Assembly: GCA_965113315.1 (NCBI GenBank)
Contig: OZ220376.1
Direction: 5' to 3' (one strand)
Source of the DNA: Podarcis vaucheri
Taxonomy: Eukaryota
Length of the DNA stretch: 64,000 bases
A program made the translations under genes and the position numbers. The notes below the pieces were generated by a model that searched no databases, was not told the origin of the DNA, and saw nothing but the letters and a program-made list of their open reading frames with translations. Of the stretch, positions 1 to 13,344 are shown piece by piece. Every line of letters starts with the position of its first letter. Position 1 is the first letter of the stretch.

Positions 1-2131
1 TTCATTCTGCACTCAATTATAAAGTTCTCATTTCAGAAGATTTCTTAGAGATTTCTATTTCCCAAGAGGGAAGACCTGGGAGTATACAAATTTCACTGCT
101 TTTGCAGGTTTCTGTATTGTTTCAGAATCCTCTTTTGACCAAAATGTCTCATAACTGAGGTAAAATGATCCTATGGGGTAAATTGCGGCCTTGGGCCATG
201 TTTTCATGAAAAGATGTATAATACAGAATGGTGGATATTCAAAAACACCTGACCACTACATTTGGGGTTAAGAGGATTTACTTCTTGGAGATTCAAAACA
301 ATCAATAGTGTGCCTGCTATTCCATAACCAACATTGAATATCTTGTGGTTTCCATCTGGGGAAACAGTAGAAATGTTCCTAGTCATATTTACCGGTATGT
401 GTATCGAGGGAAATAAAATACTTAGTAAACTCTCAAATTGTTGTGAGCCAGGGGAATAGGAATTTATAATTGTCATGGTTGTGATAACCTTTTCAGATTG
501 AAATCTTGCTTATTTTCCATTTTGTTTGAACTCAGTTTGAGTGTATGCTGATTAGTTAGTGTAACTTACAAATGGATGATTTGTACTTAATGTGAAAAAC
601 AAATCTAAAGGCGATACAATTTCTTGAAGGGTTTATATCTTACAGAGCATCAGAGTGTTTTATAAACTTTAAAACTATATTCTTTTAATAATGCTTTAGT
701 AGGTCCATTAAAATTAAACTTCTAATAATATTGAATTTTGAGGACAATTTTATTACAGCGCCATTTGAATTGTAGAAGTTCAGGTGTCAGATGGAGTGCT
801 AGATAATATCCAATGACCTTAAACTTTGACGAGTACAGCTGGAGTTGCCACGTGTTCCTGGTCATGGACAGGCCAAGACCATGGATGGTTGTACTTAGAT
901 CTAGACCTGAAGGTATTGTTCAGTAGGTGCTTGACTAGGCAAAGGCAGAATACCAAGGCTCCCAGAATTTAAAATCATACTACCTGCCAGTTGTAGGAAT
1001 TGGTATTGGTCAGAAGCCCATTTTCCTTCTAATCTGTTTAGGCATCACCAGGTTTATAGTAGCTCACCAAGTTAGACCTCAATATTTCCTGTTCAAACCA
1101 TGGAGCCGAAGAAACCCCTTGTTGTGGAAGGTTGATCTGTGCTTCAGCACAGTAAAATATAATGCAAGTATTTCAGCTGCAATTGTTGAGGACTTATTTT
1201 CAAGCTTTTTTTCTTTTTACTCATCAGCTGTAGAGAGGCAAGTGCCCAAAGGCGCCGACAACAGCTTTGTAACATACAAAAAGTGTCGGTTGGGGGACAG
1301 TAAAAGAATATGGGGAGAAGATTAAGCTAGAAAGAAGAAACAGGAAAATATCCCCAGAGTGGAATTATCTTTCTATTAACGTAGGTGTTGGTATAAACTA
1401 ATGAAAATGGATAGAAAGAGATAATTTGGGTAACTATTTGGTTTTTAGACATCAGTTTCATTGGATAGCTCAGCAGTTTCCTAGAGGGGGGAAAAGCGGA
1501 CTAGTGGATTTATTCCACAACTGCCTTTCACACATGCTGGCAATTCCCATTGATTTGAGAGGACCCTGGGGCAAACTTTACTTACTTGCTTATGGGCTGC
1601 AGCATGCAAACTGTTCATAATTAAGTTATATAAAACTTTTATGCCTTTTTCTCCATAGTTCTGAAACCTACTGTGGGTGGGTTTTTTAAAAACACATTTT
1701 TCTTGTAGTTTTAAAGAAAAATGTTACTAACAGAAGTTCTTTGATAATAGAGGTTTTGCCATGGGCATCAGTGAAGCCCGAATTCTCTTTCAGAGTGTAC
1801 TAAGCCTGGAGCAGTGAGTATTTTCCATTCAGTGCCTGTATTCTAGATTCTATTAGTTAGATGGCTGTTCCACATTGAGCTTGACTTGCCCACTGCTATA
1901 CCCAGGAACCTCTCTTCTCAAGCTCTGCTCCTTCTTCACCCATAATGTCCACTGTTGTTCTGCATCCTGGAAGAGGAGACTAGGGGCAGATCTTGGACTC
2001 CTAGCTCCCACCCTTGGAGGAAAGACTTACTCAGGAAATCCTATGCATTGTATTAAAGAATTTGGTGCACAGCACATCAACAGAATCTAACTCCCCCTCA
2101 CCTGAAAATAAGGGATATCCATGTTCATGGC

Positions 2132-2499
2132 GGGGACGCGGGTGGCGCTGTGGGTAAAACCTCAGTGCCTAGGACTTGCCGATCATATGGTCGGCGGTTC
2201 GAATCCCCGCGGCGGGGTGAGCTCCCGTCTTTCGGTCCCAGCTCCTGCCCACCTAGCAGTTTGAAAGCACCCCTAAGTGCAAGTAGATAAATAGGTACCG
2301 CTTTATAGCGGGAAGGTAAACGGCGTTTCCGTGTGCTGCGCTGGTGCTGGCTCGCCAGAGCAGCTTCGTCACGCTGGCCACGTGACCCGGAAGTGTCTCC
2401 AGACAGCACTGGCTCCCGGCCTCTTAAGTGAGATGAGCGCACAACCCTAGAGTCGGACACGACTGGCCCGTACGGGCAGGGGTACCTTTACCTTTACCT
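2132..2499 (+). mobile_element. Sauria SINE, full length
   Basis: tRNA-like head (GGTGGCGCTGTGGG A-box, GGTTCGAATCCC B-box), (ACCTTT)n tail, perfect 11-bp TSD ATGTTCATGGC at 2121-2131 and 2500-2510. Confidence 0.92.
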
Positions 2500-2525
2500 A
2501 TGTTCATGGCATTTTTATTTATATA

Positions 2526-2875
2526 AAGGTAAAGGGACTCCTGACCATTAGGTCCATTCGTGGCCGACTCTGGGGTTGCGGAGCTCATCTCGCTTTACTG
2601 GCCAAGGGAGCTGGCGTACAGCTTCCGGGTCATGTGGCCAGCATGACTAAGCCGCTTCTGGCAAACCAGAGCAGCACACGGAAATGCCGTTTACCTTCCT
2701 GCCGGAGTGGTACCTATTTATCTACTTGCACTTTGATATGCTTTCGAACTGCTAGGTTGGCAGGAGCAGGGCCTGAGCAACAGGAGCTCACCCCGTCGCG
2801 GGGATTCGAACCGCTGACCTTCTGATCGGCAAGTCCTAGGCTCTGTGGTTTAACCCACAGCGCCACCTGCGTCCC
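2526..2875 (-). mobile_element. Sauria SINE, full length, different subfamily from its neighbour
   Basis: Reverse-complement head (gggattcgaacc, cccacagcgccacc) and aaaggtaaagg tail; 13-bp TSD TTTTATTTATATA at 2513-2525 and 2876-2888. Confidence 0.92.
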
Positions 2876-3455
2876 TTTTATTTATATAGACTTGTTATAA
2901 TTTTTATTATACTTACAGTCTGGAATGCATTACCAATGTTTCTGACCCCACTTTCGTTTTGCTTTGATATTTCATATCAGTTTTCCTGTGATTTTGTTTA
3001 TGCTAAAAATAAAAATAATCTGACTGTGTGCAGGGGAAGACAGAAACTCTGTGTGCTTAGAATTCTGCCTGCACTTTCTGATTTCATACAACTGCTCATG
3101 GAAGCAGCAATGCAGTATTAGCACACATAAACTGCTATCATACCTGGAAGGGACATGTAGAGGGGGGTCTTTTATATCTTGAGAATAAGGCTGAAGTTCC
3201 AGAAAAATAACTGAGTACAAACTTGGAAATGGCCACACACTTTGACAAGTTAGGAGGGGCCAAACTAAGTATTTTAAATGTGTGATTGCATTTAGCAAAT
3301 TTAGGCATCCCCTCCTTTAAATATCAGCTGTGGGGAGATAAATATGTGCATGGTGTATAGGAATGGGAGGTTAACCCTTCCCTACAACTGCAGACTCAAT
3401 TATAATCATCACCCCCCCAAAAAAAAAAAATATTGGTGCAACTGGAAGTTTTATT

Positions 3456-3702
3456 CATAGAATCATAGAATCAAAGAATTGTAGATTTGGAAGGGACCCC
3501 AAGGGTCATCCAGTCCAAGCCCCTGTAATGCAGGAAACTAAGCTAAAGCTTCTATGACAGATGATTAACCTCTGCTTAAAAACCTCCAAGGAAGGAGAGT
3601 CCACAACCTCCTGAGGAAGACCGTTCCACTGTTGAACACCTCTTACTGTCAGAAAATGTTTCCTGATGTTTAGTTGGAATCTCCTTTCTTGTAACTTGAA
3701 GC
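3456..3702 (-). mobile_element. CR1 LINE 3' fragment
   Basis: (CATAGAAT)n is the reverse of the CR1 ATTCTATG tail; minus-strand translation [45 protein letters not shown] is the CR1 ORF2 C-terminus. Confidence 0.9.
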
Positions 3703-5346
3703 AAATAAGAGCTTGAACAAATAAGAGCTTCAGAGTGTTGTCGTTTCCAATGTGGACAGCACCTGAGGTGTGTGGGGAGGGGGATGAAACTAAGCAGCAG
3801 AACCCACTTGATGAAGCTGCCACTCTGCCTCTGGACATGCCAAGACTGTATGAGTTGGGGGACCCTGGGGCTTCCCAGTCTGTGGAGGATGAGAGATACC
3901 CAGGGCCCAGACTGTTCTGACAGAGTGGAAGAGTTTGGAGAAGGAGGTGACTGGTAATGCCTTCCAGGGAGAAACAATGCCATAAGAGACAAGAGGAGAC
4001 TCCCTTGCCCCAGAGATTAGTGCCTTTCTTCAGTCTAGGAATTCTTGCAGGTAGAGGGACTCTCACGAGTAATCAAGTCTTCTCTGACTGCATAAAAGCT
4101 TGTTGGGTAGATGGATAACCTTGTTTACCTTCCCACTGGAGTGGTACCTATTAATTTCAATGGGTCTACTCCAAGCAGAACTTAGTTGAATACAACCAAC
4201 CAATTTAAGTTTGCATGTTTCATATAAATTGTAGAAAAATAAAGTGTGTTTAGAAGTGCATTCCTGAACAAGCCTTACACTAAATAAGACTTGAAATAGG
4301 TTTAATTTTAAAAGTTGGTTGGTTGTAGATTTGGAATGGAAGGACTGACATAGTAATTATGGCTGGGTTGGTAAGAGATCATACATAATGTTGGCTAGAT
4401 CCTTTTCCTATTGATGTGTAAAATAACTGCAAAAGGGCATAGAATGAATAAAAAAATGCTCTTTGATATTTTCTCCCTGCTGAAGAGCCTTTTTATGACT
4501 GATTCTCCAGCTCCTGCTTTCCTATCATGGAATCTTGTTAGCAATTTTGATCCACAGGTTGATGATAGTTTCAAAACTATATCCAACACTTGCACACTAT
4601 TAAAAACTCTCTCATTCAAACCCCAAAGCGGATTTTTTCTTAAAAAAAAAAGAAGTAATTTTAAGACCGTCTGGTTAAAGACAATGTTGAAAGGCACATT
4701 AATCTTGCTGTTCTACAGGATGTTTTTGTTCAAAGCTGCTATCAAAATTCTTCATTTATCCTGAGACATGTCCTGCTGTGATAATCATTTCATCCAAGCT
4801 TACTTTTCTAACTTTCTAAAGAGAGTTTAATGAACTGCATTTAATTCTTGTGAATGCAAGAAGCAGAACAGCCTAGCGCCACGTATTATACCAGAGGGTA
4901 TAAACACAACTATATTTGAGGTCAGAACTTCAAATACAGTAAAGAGTAAAAAAAAACCTGAACATACTTTATTAGAATATTGTGCTCTGCCCCTGGGGAA
5001 GGGGCACATCAAAGGAGGCATTTTTCATACTTTCCATGGACCATACCTAGCAGAGGGCTCAAAGAAGGCACCAACTAATATCTGGTCAGCTGTATGTCAG
5101 CCTTTAGCCCAGTAATATTGCTTCACAACATCTGATTTTGCCTATGGCCCAGTGTCCTCTCAGCAATAAGTCCTTTGGCCCACCTCTTCTTCCAGGCTGG
5201 TCCACTGTCTGACTCATCCTCAGGCACCTCCCTGGAGCTGGGGCGCATTTCTAGGATGGGAAGCAGTGCCAAAGACAGGTCAGGCAGCTCCTCCTCTCCT
5301 CTTGGGATGTCCAATAGTAATGAGGCTGGGCCTCAGATCAATAACC

Positions 5347-5438
5347 TAGAATCATAGAATCATAGAGTTGGAAGAGACCACAAGGGCCATCGAGTCCAAC
5401 CCCCTGCCAAGCAGGAAACACCATCAGAGCACTCCTGA
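5347..5438 (-). mobile_element. Very short, 5'-truncated young CR1 3' end
   Basis: Matches the 3' ends of the copies at 9002-9549 and 31761-32055; possible 6-bp TSD TAACCT (5342-5347, 5441-5446). Confidence 0.85.
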
Positions 5439-8400
5439 TTTAACCTGCTTAATCCCTCCCCAACAAACATATCAACACCTCCCCCCAACCACTGGACTCC
5501 ACCCCAGAATCCAATTCCACAGCCTTGTCCCATTCCTCTGCCCCTTGCCTTGCCAATATGTCTCTACAGGACATCTCTACATTACAATCCCCGTGTCCTG
5601 TCTCCCACCTAAGAGGTGATTACTGTAAAAGTAAAGTACTAAACTTTTACTATACCTGTTTAACAGTACAAACACAGTAGCTAGGCAAGAGCAGCAGCTA
5701 ATCCAGGTGCTCTTACAAGGCAAATGAGTGACAACAATAAATCCAATTTGAGGACAAAGGCCAAGTTTCAGAAGTTCAAGAGTAGTAACAAGAGTTCCAA
5801 GACTTGAAACAGTTCTGCTTGGAGTAGACCCATTGAAATTAATAGAACTAAGTTCTAACAAGAATCAAATATGGGTTCAGGACAATGCACACTGTTAGGA
5901 AGTGAGTGCCTTTGCTTGAACATCAGGAAACCTTAGCAACTTATGAGTGTGTTCTTATGCACATTTATTAAGAAGTAAGCCCTGTTGAATGGAGGCATAT
6001 AACTTACTTCAGTCTCGGGGCTGAATGTGTTGGAGTACATAGCCTGCTAAACAGCAGTTCCCTGTGGTGGATGGTAAACAACTCCAGTAGCTATAGGTAA
6101 TATCAGATGAACTTTGGATTCAGTGCTATTTAATTTAAACAGCAAACCTGAATAGTGTTTAACCTAGTTCAACTGCCATGCCCCCCTCATGGAAATTATT
6201 GTGTCAGGTCATATATTTAGACTTGGACACTTAGACTCTATCATCTTCCCCAGCTCTTGCTGCACAATCTTATGTAGTCTTTTGTGCAACTAATCTCTCA
6301 TTGTGTGCAGATAATAAATTTATTGTGGTAAAACTTTTAATAAAATTGCATTTATATTAAACATTTGAAATTATAAATACAAATCACATCTTTGCATTTC
6401 AAAAGAAAACAATGCATGATAAAGAACCTTGAATAAGATATTACTTTGTAGCAGCTTTATATATTAACATTTTCATTGTATGTGAGTGCTGAGTATAAAC
6501 AATGAAGTTTAAAAGGATTGTTATATCCTGCTTAACTTGGGCCTTGATATTTGCAGACAATACTGTACAAAACCATAACAGAAACAGTTTAATTACATTA
6601 CCAGGCCTGGATTTTAGTTCACAGCTTAAATTTAAAATAATTAAATTGAGAGGGTGAACCAAGTGTCAGGGACCCAGTCAGCAAAACATCACATGGAGTT
6701 AAATCTTTATCAGCAGAAGCAAGGCTGGCTCAGGTGTACCAGGCCTAGTGAGCCCAGCAACTCTTCTCTGTACGTCTTGTCCCTATGAGGCAGTCATGGA
6801 GGCTGAAGTTCCCTGCCTTCCCACAGCTGCCTAAATCTCTCTCCATCCCCCCCCTCCCGCAGGTCCTTCCCAAGCAATCTGAGACTACGCTGATGTGCTT
6901 GTGTTTGCTCCTCCCTCTTCATACCTCTTCTGGTCCTAGGAGACCAGGAGGGAGGGGAGCTTGCTGCAGCAGAAGCAGGAGACACCCCCCTTAAAACATC
7001 TCTACCACATGGCCTCCCTTCTTTCCTGCTTCTGCCTTTGCCTCTGATTCTGATTTTGGACTTCACTCCACCACAAACTTTCCCTGCTCCCAGTGACCTC
7101 TTCAGTTTCTGACACCTCTTCCTCCCAACCTTCTCCCTCTCTGTTGCTTCTGAGATCAATTCCACATCTATTTAAATTTGAGTGTGAGACAGCACACTCA
7201 TACAGACTTCGTGAAAAAAGCAATAACAGCAGGCAGCTATGCCCTACTATGGCTTTTTAAAGTTTTATGCAGGGGGTGGGGAGCTGGAATGGGAAGATGA
7301 GAGGGAAGGTAACATATTGGTTTTGTAAGTTACTTGGGCATGTAAGGAAATCCTGGCATACATTTATTACCAAGTTCTATCACTGTATTTTCCCTTCATT
7401 GTTTTTTATGTAGGATTCAAATATCTTGTACAGCGATACGGTATGCTCTCATTCTATGAAGCATTGGTTTTTTTAAAAAAAAATGAAAAAGTTAGGGACT
7501 AAGGATGAGTGGCAGAATAATGATATAACTTCAGTATAGATATCCATTCCTCTAAGATCCCCCCCCTCTCTCTCTGTGTCTCTCTCTGTTTTTTAATCCT
7601 CCAACCCTCCCCCCCCCATATTATCTTTTCAACATTTTGGCCACTGATGAAGATTTTTCAGAAATTAATTTATCTTGATTTAATTTTCAGTACAAAGAAA
7701 GATACAGGCTTATATTGAGATAAGTGGGCAGTGAGAGATTCATAAATACATACATACCTAGAAGAAAGGAATAAGAAAAGCTTACTAGTCTGAGAAAGGA
7801 AGGAATAGGATATGAAAAAAAGAAACAGCTATTATCTTTAATTATCAGAGCAGGAAGTGAGTGGTGAAATGTTATAAAGCAGTATTATTATTATTCTCTC
7901 TTTTCTTGGGCAGATACATGTAAGTGATACGGAATCTAAAACTCCATCAAAAATAATCAATAACATCAAAAAAACAACAACATTCAAAATACAGGCGTAT
8001 CTAGGTGGGAGGGTCTGAATATTATTTCCATCATTTATTTATATGCTGAATAAAAGTTTGCCAAACATTAATTTTTTTAAAAAAATTGCCCCAATATTTT
8101 GCATTATCAGTAAAGAACGCGCATGTCTGTATCAGGCCTCTTTGTTAATTCTCTTCAAATATTTCCAACCTTTAGCTGTAAGCATTTGTGCTGCAGCTAA
8201 TAGTTGTTGGACCAGAGTTTTAAAGCAATAGTCTTCATTCAGTACAACCCAGACACCCAGCAAAGCCAACAAGGGCGTGGAGGTCAGGGGCACCCGTCCC
8301 ATTTCCCCACCTGAGATGAAACAAGAAGGTGTCCTTCTCACCTAAGTCTTGCTTACGGGGGTCGTGTGGCTGCAATGGTTTATGGCAATATTTTGTGATA

Positions 8401-8500
8401 TCTCATGCAAGTTCTGCAAGATCTCACTGGAAGAAGCCACCGCCATGCAACCTCAGTTGCTTTAGCCTGCCTCATGGGCAGGCTGGCACTGCTGGAAATA

Positions 8501-8742
8501 CAGTGGTACCTCAGGTTACAGACGCTTCAGGTTACAGACGCTTCAGGTTACAGACTCCACTAACCCAGAAATAGTACCTCAGGTTAAGAACTTTGCTTCT
8601 GTTTGAGAACAGAAATTGCACGGTGGCGGTGTGGTGGCAGCGGGAGGCCCCATTAGCTAAAGTGGTGCTTCAGGTTAAGAACAGTTTCAGGTTTAGAACG
8701 GACCTCCAGAACGAATTAAGTTCTTAAGCCGAGGTACCACTG
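8501..8742 (+). mobile_element. Non-autonomous Tc1/mariner (Tigger/pogo-like) MITE, family A
   Basis: Terminal inverted repeats (TIRs) CAGTGGTACCTC...GAGGTACCACTG flanked by TA on both sides; homologous copies at 23445, 49727 and 62841. Confidence 0.92.
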
Positions 8743-8821
8743 TACTTACTGTTTTATGATTAAATTAATTTCAACAAAAATCATTTCTCCAAACTCGGCC
8801 GGTAGTAAATAGGTACACTGC

Positions 8822-8901
8822 TGTTGGAAACCGCCCAGAGTGTTGGGGCAACCCAGTCAGATGGGCGGGATAAGAATAATAAAAAATTTGTTATTGTTAT
8901 T
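8822..8901 (+). mobile_element. L2-type LINE 3' tail fragment
   Basis: ggaaaccgcccagagtg...cccagtcagatgggcgggataa followed by a (TTA)-like tail; related to the end of the 26205-26512 fragment. Confidence 0.6.
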
Positions 8902-9725
8902 AGTGGAAGTAGTGATGGTCACCAACTTGGACGGCTTCAAAAGAGGATTAGATGGATTCATGGAGAATAAGGCTAACAATGGCTTTTAACCAGGATGACT
9001 TGGCTTGAGATGGCTTGAGAGCAGTACACGTGAAAAGGATCTAGGAGTCTTGGTTGACCACAAACGTGACATGAGCCAACAGTGTGGCACGGCAACTAAA
9101 AAAGCCAATGCAATTCTGGGCTGCATCAATAGGAGTATAGCATCTAGATCAAGGGAAGTAATAGTGCCACTGTATTCTGCTCTGGTCAGACCTCACCTGG
9201 AGTACTGTGTCCAGTTCTGGGCACCACAGTTCAAGAAGGACACTGACAAACTGGAACGTGTCCAGAGGAGGACAACCAAAATGGTCAGAGAAGCGGACAC
9301 GGAGCAATGGATTCAAACTACAAGAAAGAAGATTCCACCTAAACATTAGGAAGAACTTCCTGACAGTAAGAGCTGTTCGACAGTGGAATTTGCTGCCAAG
9401 GAGTGTGGTGGAGTCTCCTACTTTGGAGGTCTTTAAGCAGAGGCTTGACAACCATATGTCAGAAGTGCTCTGATGGTGTTTCCTGCTTGGCAGGGGGTTG
9501 GACTCAATGGCCCTTGTGGTCTCTTCCAACTCTATGATTCTATGATTCTATGACTTTGCTCCATCTGCATGATCAAAGGCAGTAATGCTTCTGAATACCA
9601 ACTGCTGGAAACCGCAGAAGGGAGAGTGCCATTGACATTGAATCCTGCTGGTGTCTGTGAGCCACTATGAGAACAGGAAGCTAGATTAGATGGGCCTGAT
9701 CCTGCATACCCTTCTTATGTTCTTC
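8902..9725 (+). mobile_element. Old CR1-type 3' end interrupted by a younger CR1
   Basis: ggcttcaaaagaggattagatggattcatggag resumes after 9556 and ends in a ttcttatgttctt tail. Confidence 0.7.
9002..9549 (+). mobile_element. Young CR1 LINE 3' fragment with internal deletion
   Basis: ORF2 peptide [18 protein letters not shown]...[19 protein letters not shown]; (ATTCTATG)n tail; 7-bp TSD ATGACTT at 8995-9001 and 9550-9556. Confidence 0.93.
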
Positions 9726-9997
9726 TTTGCACAGAAGTTAGATTATCAGAGTAGCAATATGTACATATATGTGATGTGTATTGAACCACCTATGATGGGA
9801 AGATTAAATAAAGAATTTGGATAGGCATTTTCTGTCTGTTCTCTTTGGTTGGTGTGAAATTCTAGGAGGTACCTGAACCCTTTCTAGAAAAATCAAAACC
9901 GTAAGCGCTTGATTTGTAGACTGTCTTGAAAAAGAACATAAAGCAATTTCACAACCTCGTTCCCTCATTTTGACTTTCTTTTTCTATCCTATTTCAG

Positions 9998-10157
9998 ATG
10001 ACGTTGCACCCTATTTCAAGACAGAGCCAGGCTTGCCCCAGACTCACCTAGAAGGGAACCGCCTTGTGCTTACGTGTTTGGCAGAAGGTAGCTGGCCTTT
10101 GGAATTTAAATGGCTGCACAATGGCAGGGAAACCACGGCCTTCACCAACGAGTACAC
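9998..10157 (+). CDS. SDK1: Sidekick-1 internal coding exon (equivalent to mammalian exon 2), start of Ig-like domain 1
   Basis: Polypyrimidine tract + tttcag acceptor; GTAAGT donor at 10158. Translates (D)[52 protein letters not shown](T). The [15 protein letters not shown] and CLAEG residues match SDK1 as I recall it, not SDK2 (DDVSPYFKTEPVRTQ, CMAEG). 160 nt, phase 1 to phase 2. Confidence 0.96.
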
Positions 10158-10320
10158 GTAAGTGGCTTTTAGAACAGCAATCTATAGATTCTATTTTTCA
10201 GCTTTGTAATGAGGAAAGATTTTTGTACCGTTGCATCACAAAAGAACAAAATGGGGAAACATACAATACAGTTAAAACTTAAGGCAGTAGAACTATCTTC
10301 TGGGCTGCCTTTATCATATC

Positions 10321-10390
10321 TCATAGAGTCATAGAATCGTAGATTCAAAGGGATCCCGAGGGTCATCTAGTACAACCCCCTTCAATGCAG
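10321..10390 (-). mobile_element. CR1 tail remnant
   Basis: catagagtcatagaatc...aagggatcccgagggtcatctagtacaacccc. Confidence 0.7.
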
Positions 10391-10413
10391 GTCCTTTCTT
10401 CTAATACATTGTA

Positions 10414-10700
10414 CATACTCTCTAACATTTATCTGATGAAAATAGGGACGTCCCATTCCATAATGATAATTTTACTATTTATACCCTAGACATCTTGCCC
10501 CAGCCATTCTGGGCAGCTTCCAACATATATAAAGCATTAAATATTTTTAAAAAACCTTCCCTATACAGAAATGCCTTTAGACGGCTCAGGAGTCGGATAC
10601 CTCCATACCAAATGGGACATTCCAGGATAAAATCAGAACCTGGGACGGCTTCTCAAAATCAGGGACCGTCCCTGGAAAATAGGGACACTTGGAGGGTCTG
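10414..10700. mobile_element. Putative non-autonomous DNA transposon (hAT-like)
   Basis: Degenerate inverted ends (catactctctaa / ttggagggtctg) and repeated subterminal GGGAC motifs; imperfect flanking duplication cattgta/cattata. Confidence 0.5.
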
Positions 10701-12469
10701 CATTATAGACATTTTTTTTATCAAAATAGATATTGTTATGAAAACCTGTATTGCCAGATTACAAATGTTTAAACAACTAAATGCTTGGCAAACAAAAGGT
10801 CATTTGTCATTTTACCGCTGCCTCCCTCAAGTAGGCAGGGACCACCCCCTCTCGAAAGGAGGTAGTAATCACCTCCCTGGCCCTGCCAGCTGTTCCATTC
10901 CTGCAAGTTTTTATCAGCCCAAAGGGGCAAAGGTCCAGAGTGCAAGTGGTTGCCCTGACTGATCCAAGCACCATGTCTACATCCTCAAGCCTTACTAACA
11001 GAAACTCATCCAACAGGACTAGGCAGTGCTCTGGACACCTTTAAAGGTTCATCTGGTTTGATGGTGGAGTCAAGGTCTCAGTGGATGCAAGTGAAGAATT
11101 GGATGCTGGGCTAGATGAGGCTTTGGTCTGACTCAGCTGAAGGGCTCCTCTTATGTTGTCAGTGTGATTCACTGTGGGGTTCAGGGATGGGTGGGGTAAT
11201 CGACATGTAGTGATTTGTTCAATGCATTCCATGGCAAACTCCTTGCATTTGAACTTTCTACCAAATTTAGTCTGATCGAGATACACATTTTGCCATATCA
11301 CTTAATGTCTGAACTGTATGAGCTTGGTATCTGTGTGGAAACTGTTCGCTGAGAGGTGGCATCGCATAGTGGCTACACGTATCAGCTGTGAGCTAAAATG
11401 TCTCTGCTTCAAGCCATGAACTCAACAAGTGGTGTTAGATTAGTTTTGCTGTCTCAGGTAAGCCCTATACCTGCCGTATAAAATTGTCAAAGCCTATGTT
11501 CGTGTAGGAAAGAGGGAGAAATGTCATGCCTCTGTCTTAGCTTGCAATAAAAGTGACTCACTGGGCAGAACAAATATCTCTGGCCCTTTAGCCCTTAGTC
11601 CATGCAAAATAAGACTCCATTGCCAACCAGCTGCTGATGGCTGTGATGTGCGTGGAACACTCAGAATGCAGGATTGTTATATATGGAACTGCAATTTAAA
11701 TTACTATTTAGAGCAACAACGTCTACTGGCTTGATTAATCACAGAAGAAAGCATGTCTGTGATTTTGATATTGGGTTGATCAATGGGGGTGCTTTACTGC
11801 CGTCAGCAGCCAAAAAACTGAACAGAAATCCACAACTCTGATGGGACACCAACAATATTTGGGAGGTGTAAAAGAAAGCAGTACAGAAAGGTGGGCTAGG
11901 AAAGAGGATAGGAAATAGAACAGGCCTTAGTATGACGATTGTTATACATCCAGCATCTTGCATTACTTAATATTATATTATAATTCTGTAATACAAAAAC
12001 CAAGTAGTGTATTGTTACATATTGCTACTGAAGGGACATACAGAAGACCTTTCCTTTTAAGTGCTGCTTGCTGCACTTATATATTATACTTTGTTTTTTT
12101 AAAAATTCCTTAGGTTGCCATGAAAACCATATTTATTTTGTTTAGGGTTTGATTAACTTGTTTTGAATACTTGAAGCATTTTTCTTCTACAGAATGTGCA
12201 TGGAAAGCTAATCAAAATTTACTATAAAGTTTGAATAAATATATTGCTATGAATATTTCAGCTCTATTATTTATTTCTAATTGCTTTCCAAAAACCAAAA
12301 TCACTCTGGATGTTTTTGTATTTATATGCAGGGAATTGCATTTATTCATTAAGATGAAATCATTGCAGAAAAAAGTATATTTTCTTTTGGTTGAATAACA
12401 TTGGGCTATATTTGGCCTTAGTCTCATCACGTCAACAAGCTGCATGTTCAAATCCCCCCCATATTGTGC

Positions 12470-12575
12470 ACCCCAGATCTTGGTATTTTGTTGTATGGCA
12501 AATATTAAGGGCTCTAGAAAAAGATGAAATATCAGTGGGAAAAGAAGGCATCCCCGTCTGGTTACCCACTGCATG
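12470..12575 (-). mobile_element. Degenerate L1/Tx1 reverse transcriptase fragment
   Basis: Minus-strand peptide VTRRGCLLFPLIFHLFLEPLIFAIQQNTKIWG resembles the non-LTR RT motif GTRQGCPLSPLLF.L..EPL...IR. Confidence 0.65.
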
Positions 12576-13344
12576 GGGAGGGGGGGAACCTGACAATATG
12601 CCATTTGCCTGTATCTTGGACATGGGTGTTATGTACATGGTTTTCACCCAGTGCACATGTTCTTGGGGTATACCACAGAGCCAGTGCCCTAGGGTAAAGA
12701 AAAAGAGCCACTGCACCAAATCAAATTCATTTTCAGCATCCAAGGAGAACAAGTCTAATGGCGATGTGCTAGTACTGTTGAGTGCTACTAGATCAATTAC
12801 AAGATGGAGCTTATCTACCCTTTGATGGTGTCATATAAATCCAACCTGGTTTGGGTGGATTAGGATGCTCATCACTTCCTGAAGCCTGTCCACTAGAACT
12901 GCTACAAGGATTTTGCTGTCAGTGTTGATTAGTGAGATTTAACTCACAGAGTTTGGGTGTTTGCCAGGTTTTGGAATTACGGAATTTGGAATTTGTGTTA
13001 CGTACAGAGAAGGATGGGAGAGTGAGGATCTTTCCGAAGCTTCTTAGTAAACGGAATGCAGTTTGGGGGTTAATAAGTCAAGATGACACTTGGATCACTC
13101 CACAAAAAATCTTTCTGGGCCTGGCACCTTAACAATACTCATTTGCTTCATTATTCTCTTTATTTCCTCTCTTCTCATGGGTGCTGCAAAGAATGCCCCC
13201 TTGATCTGCACCTAACTGTGTGAGTTCTAACTGGGTCATGAATTTGAATATTTCTGTTTCTTTAGTCATAGCATTCCTTTGATATAAGGCGGAGTGCAAG
13301 TTAGAAAATAGTTGCATAAGCACTTTTCATAGCTTAAATGTTAT

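Noticed and set aside
180-560. Possible L1 endonuclease remnant on the minus strand (TIINSYSPGSQQ)
   Set aside because: Only faint similarity to the N.YAP motif; too degenerate to call without a profile search.
2132-2215. tRNA gene
   Set aside because: The A and B boxes belong to a SINE head; there is no cloverleaf and the SINE body follows.
3506-4066. 186-aa minus-strand ORF, the longest in the track, as a novel gene
   Set aside because: Its C-terminal third is CR1 ORF2 and the rest has no recognisable domain; chance read-through.
8511-8552. CRISPR-like or regulatory tandem repeat (TCAGGTTACAGACGCT)
   Set aside because: It is an internal 15-bp duplication of a MITE with no spacers, in eukaryotic DNA.
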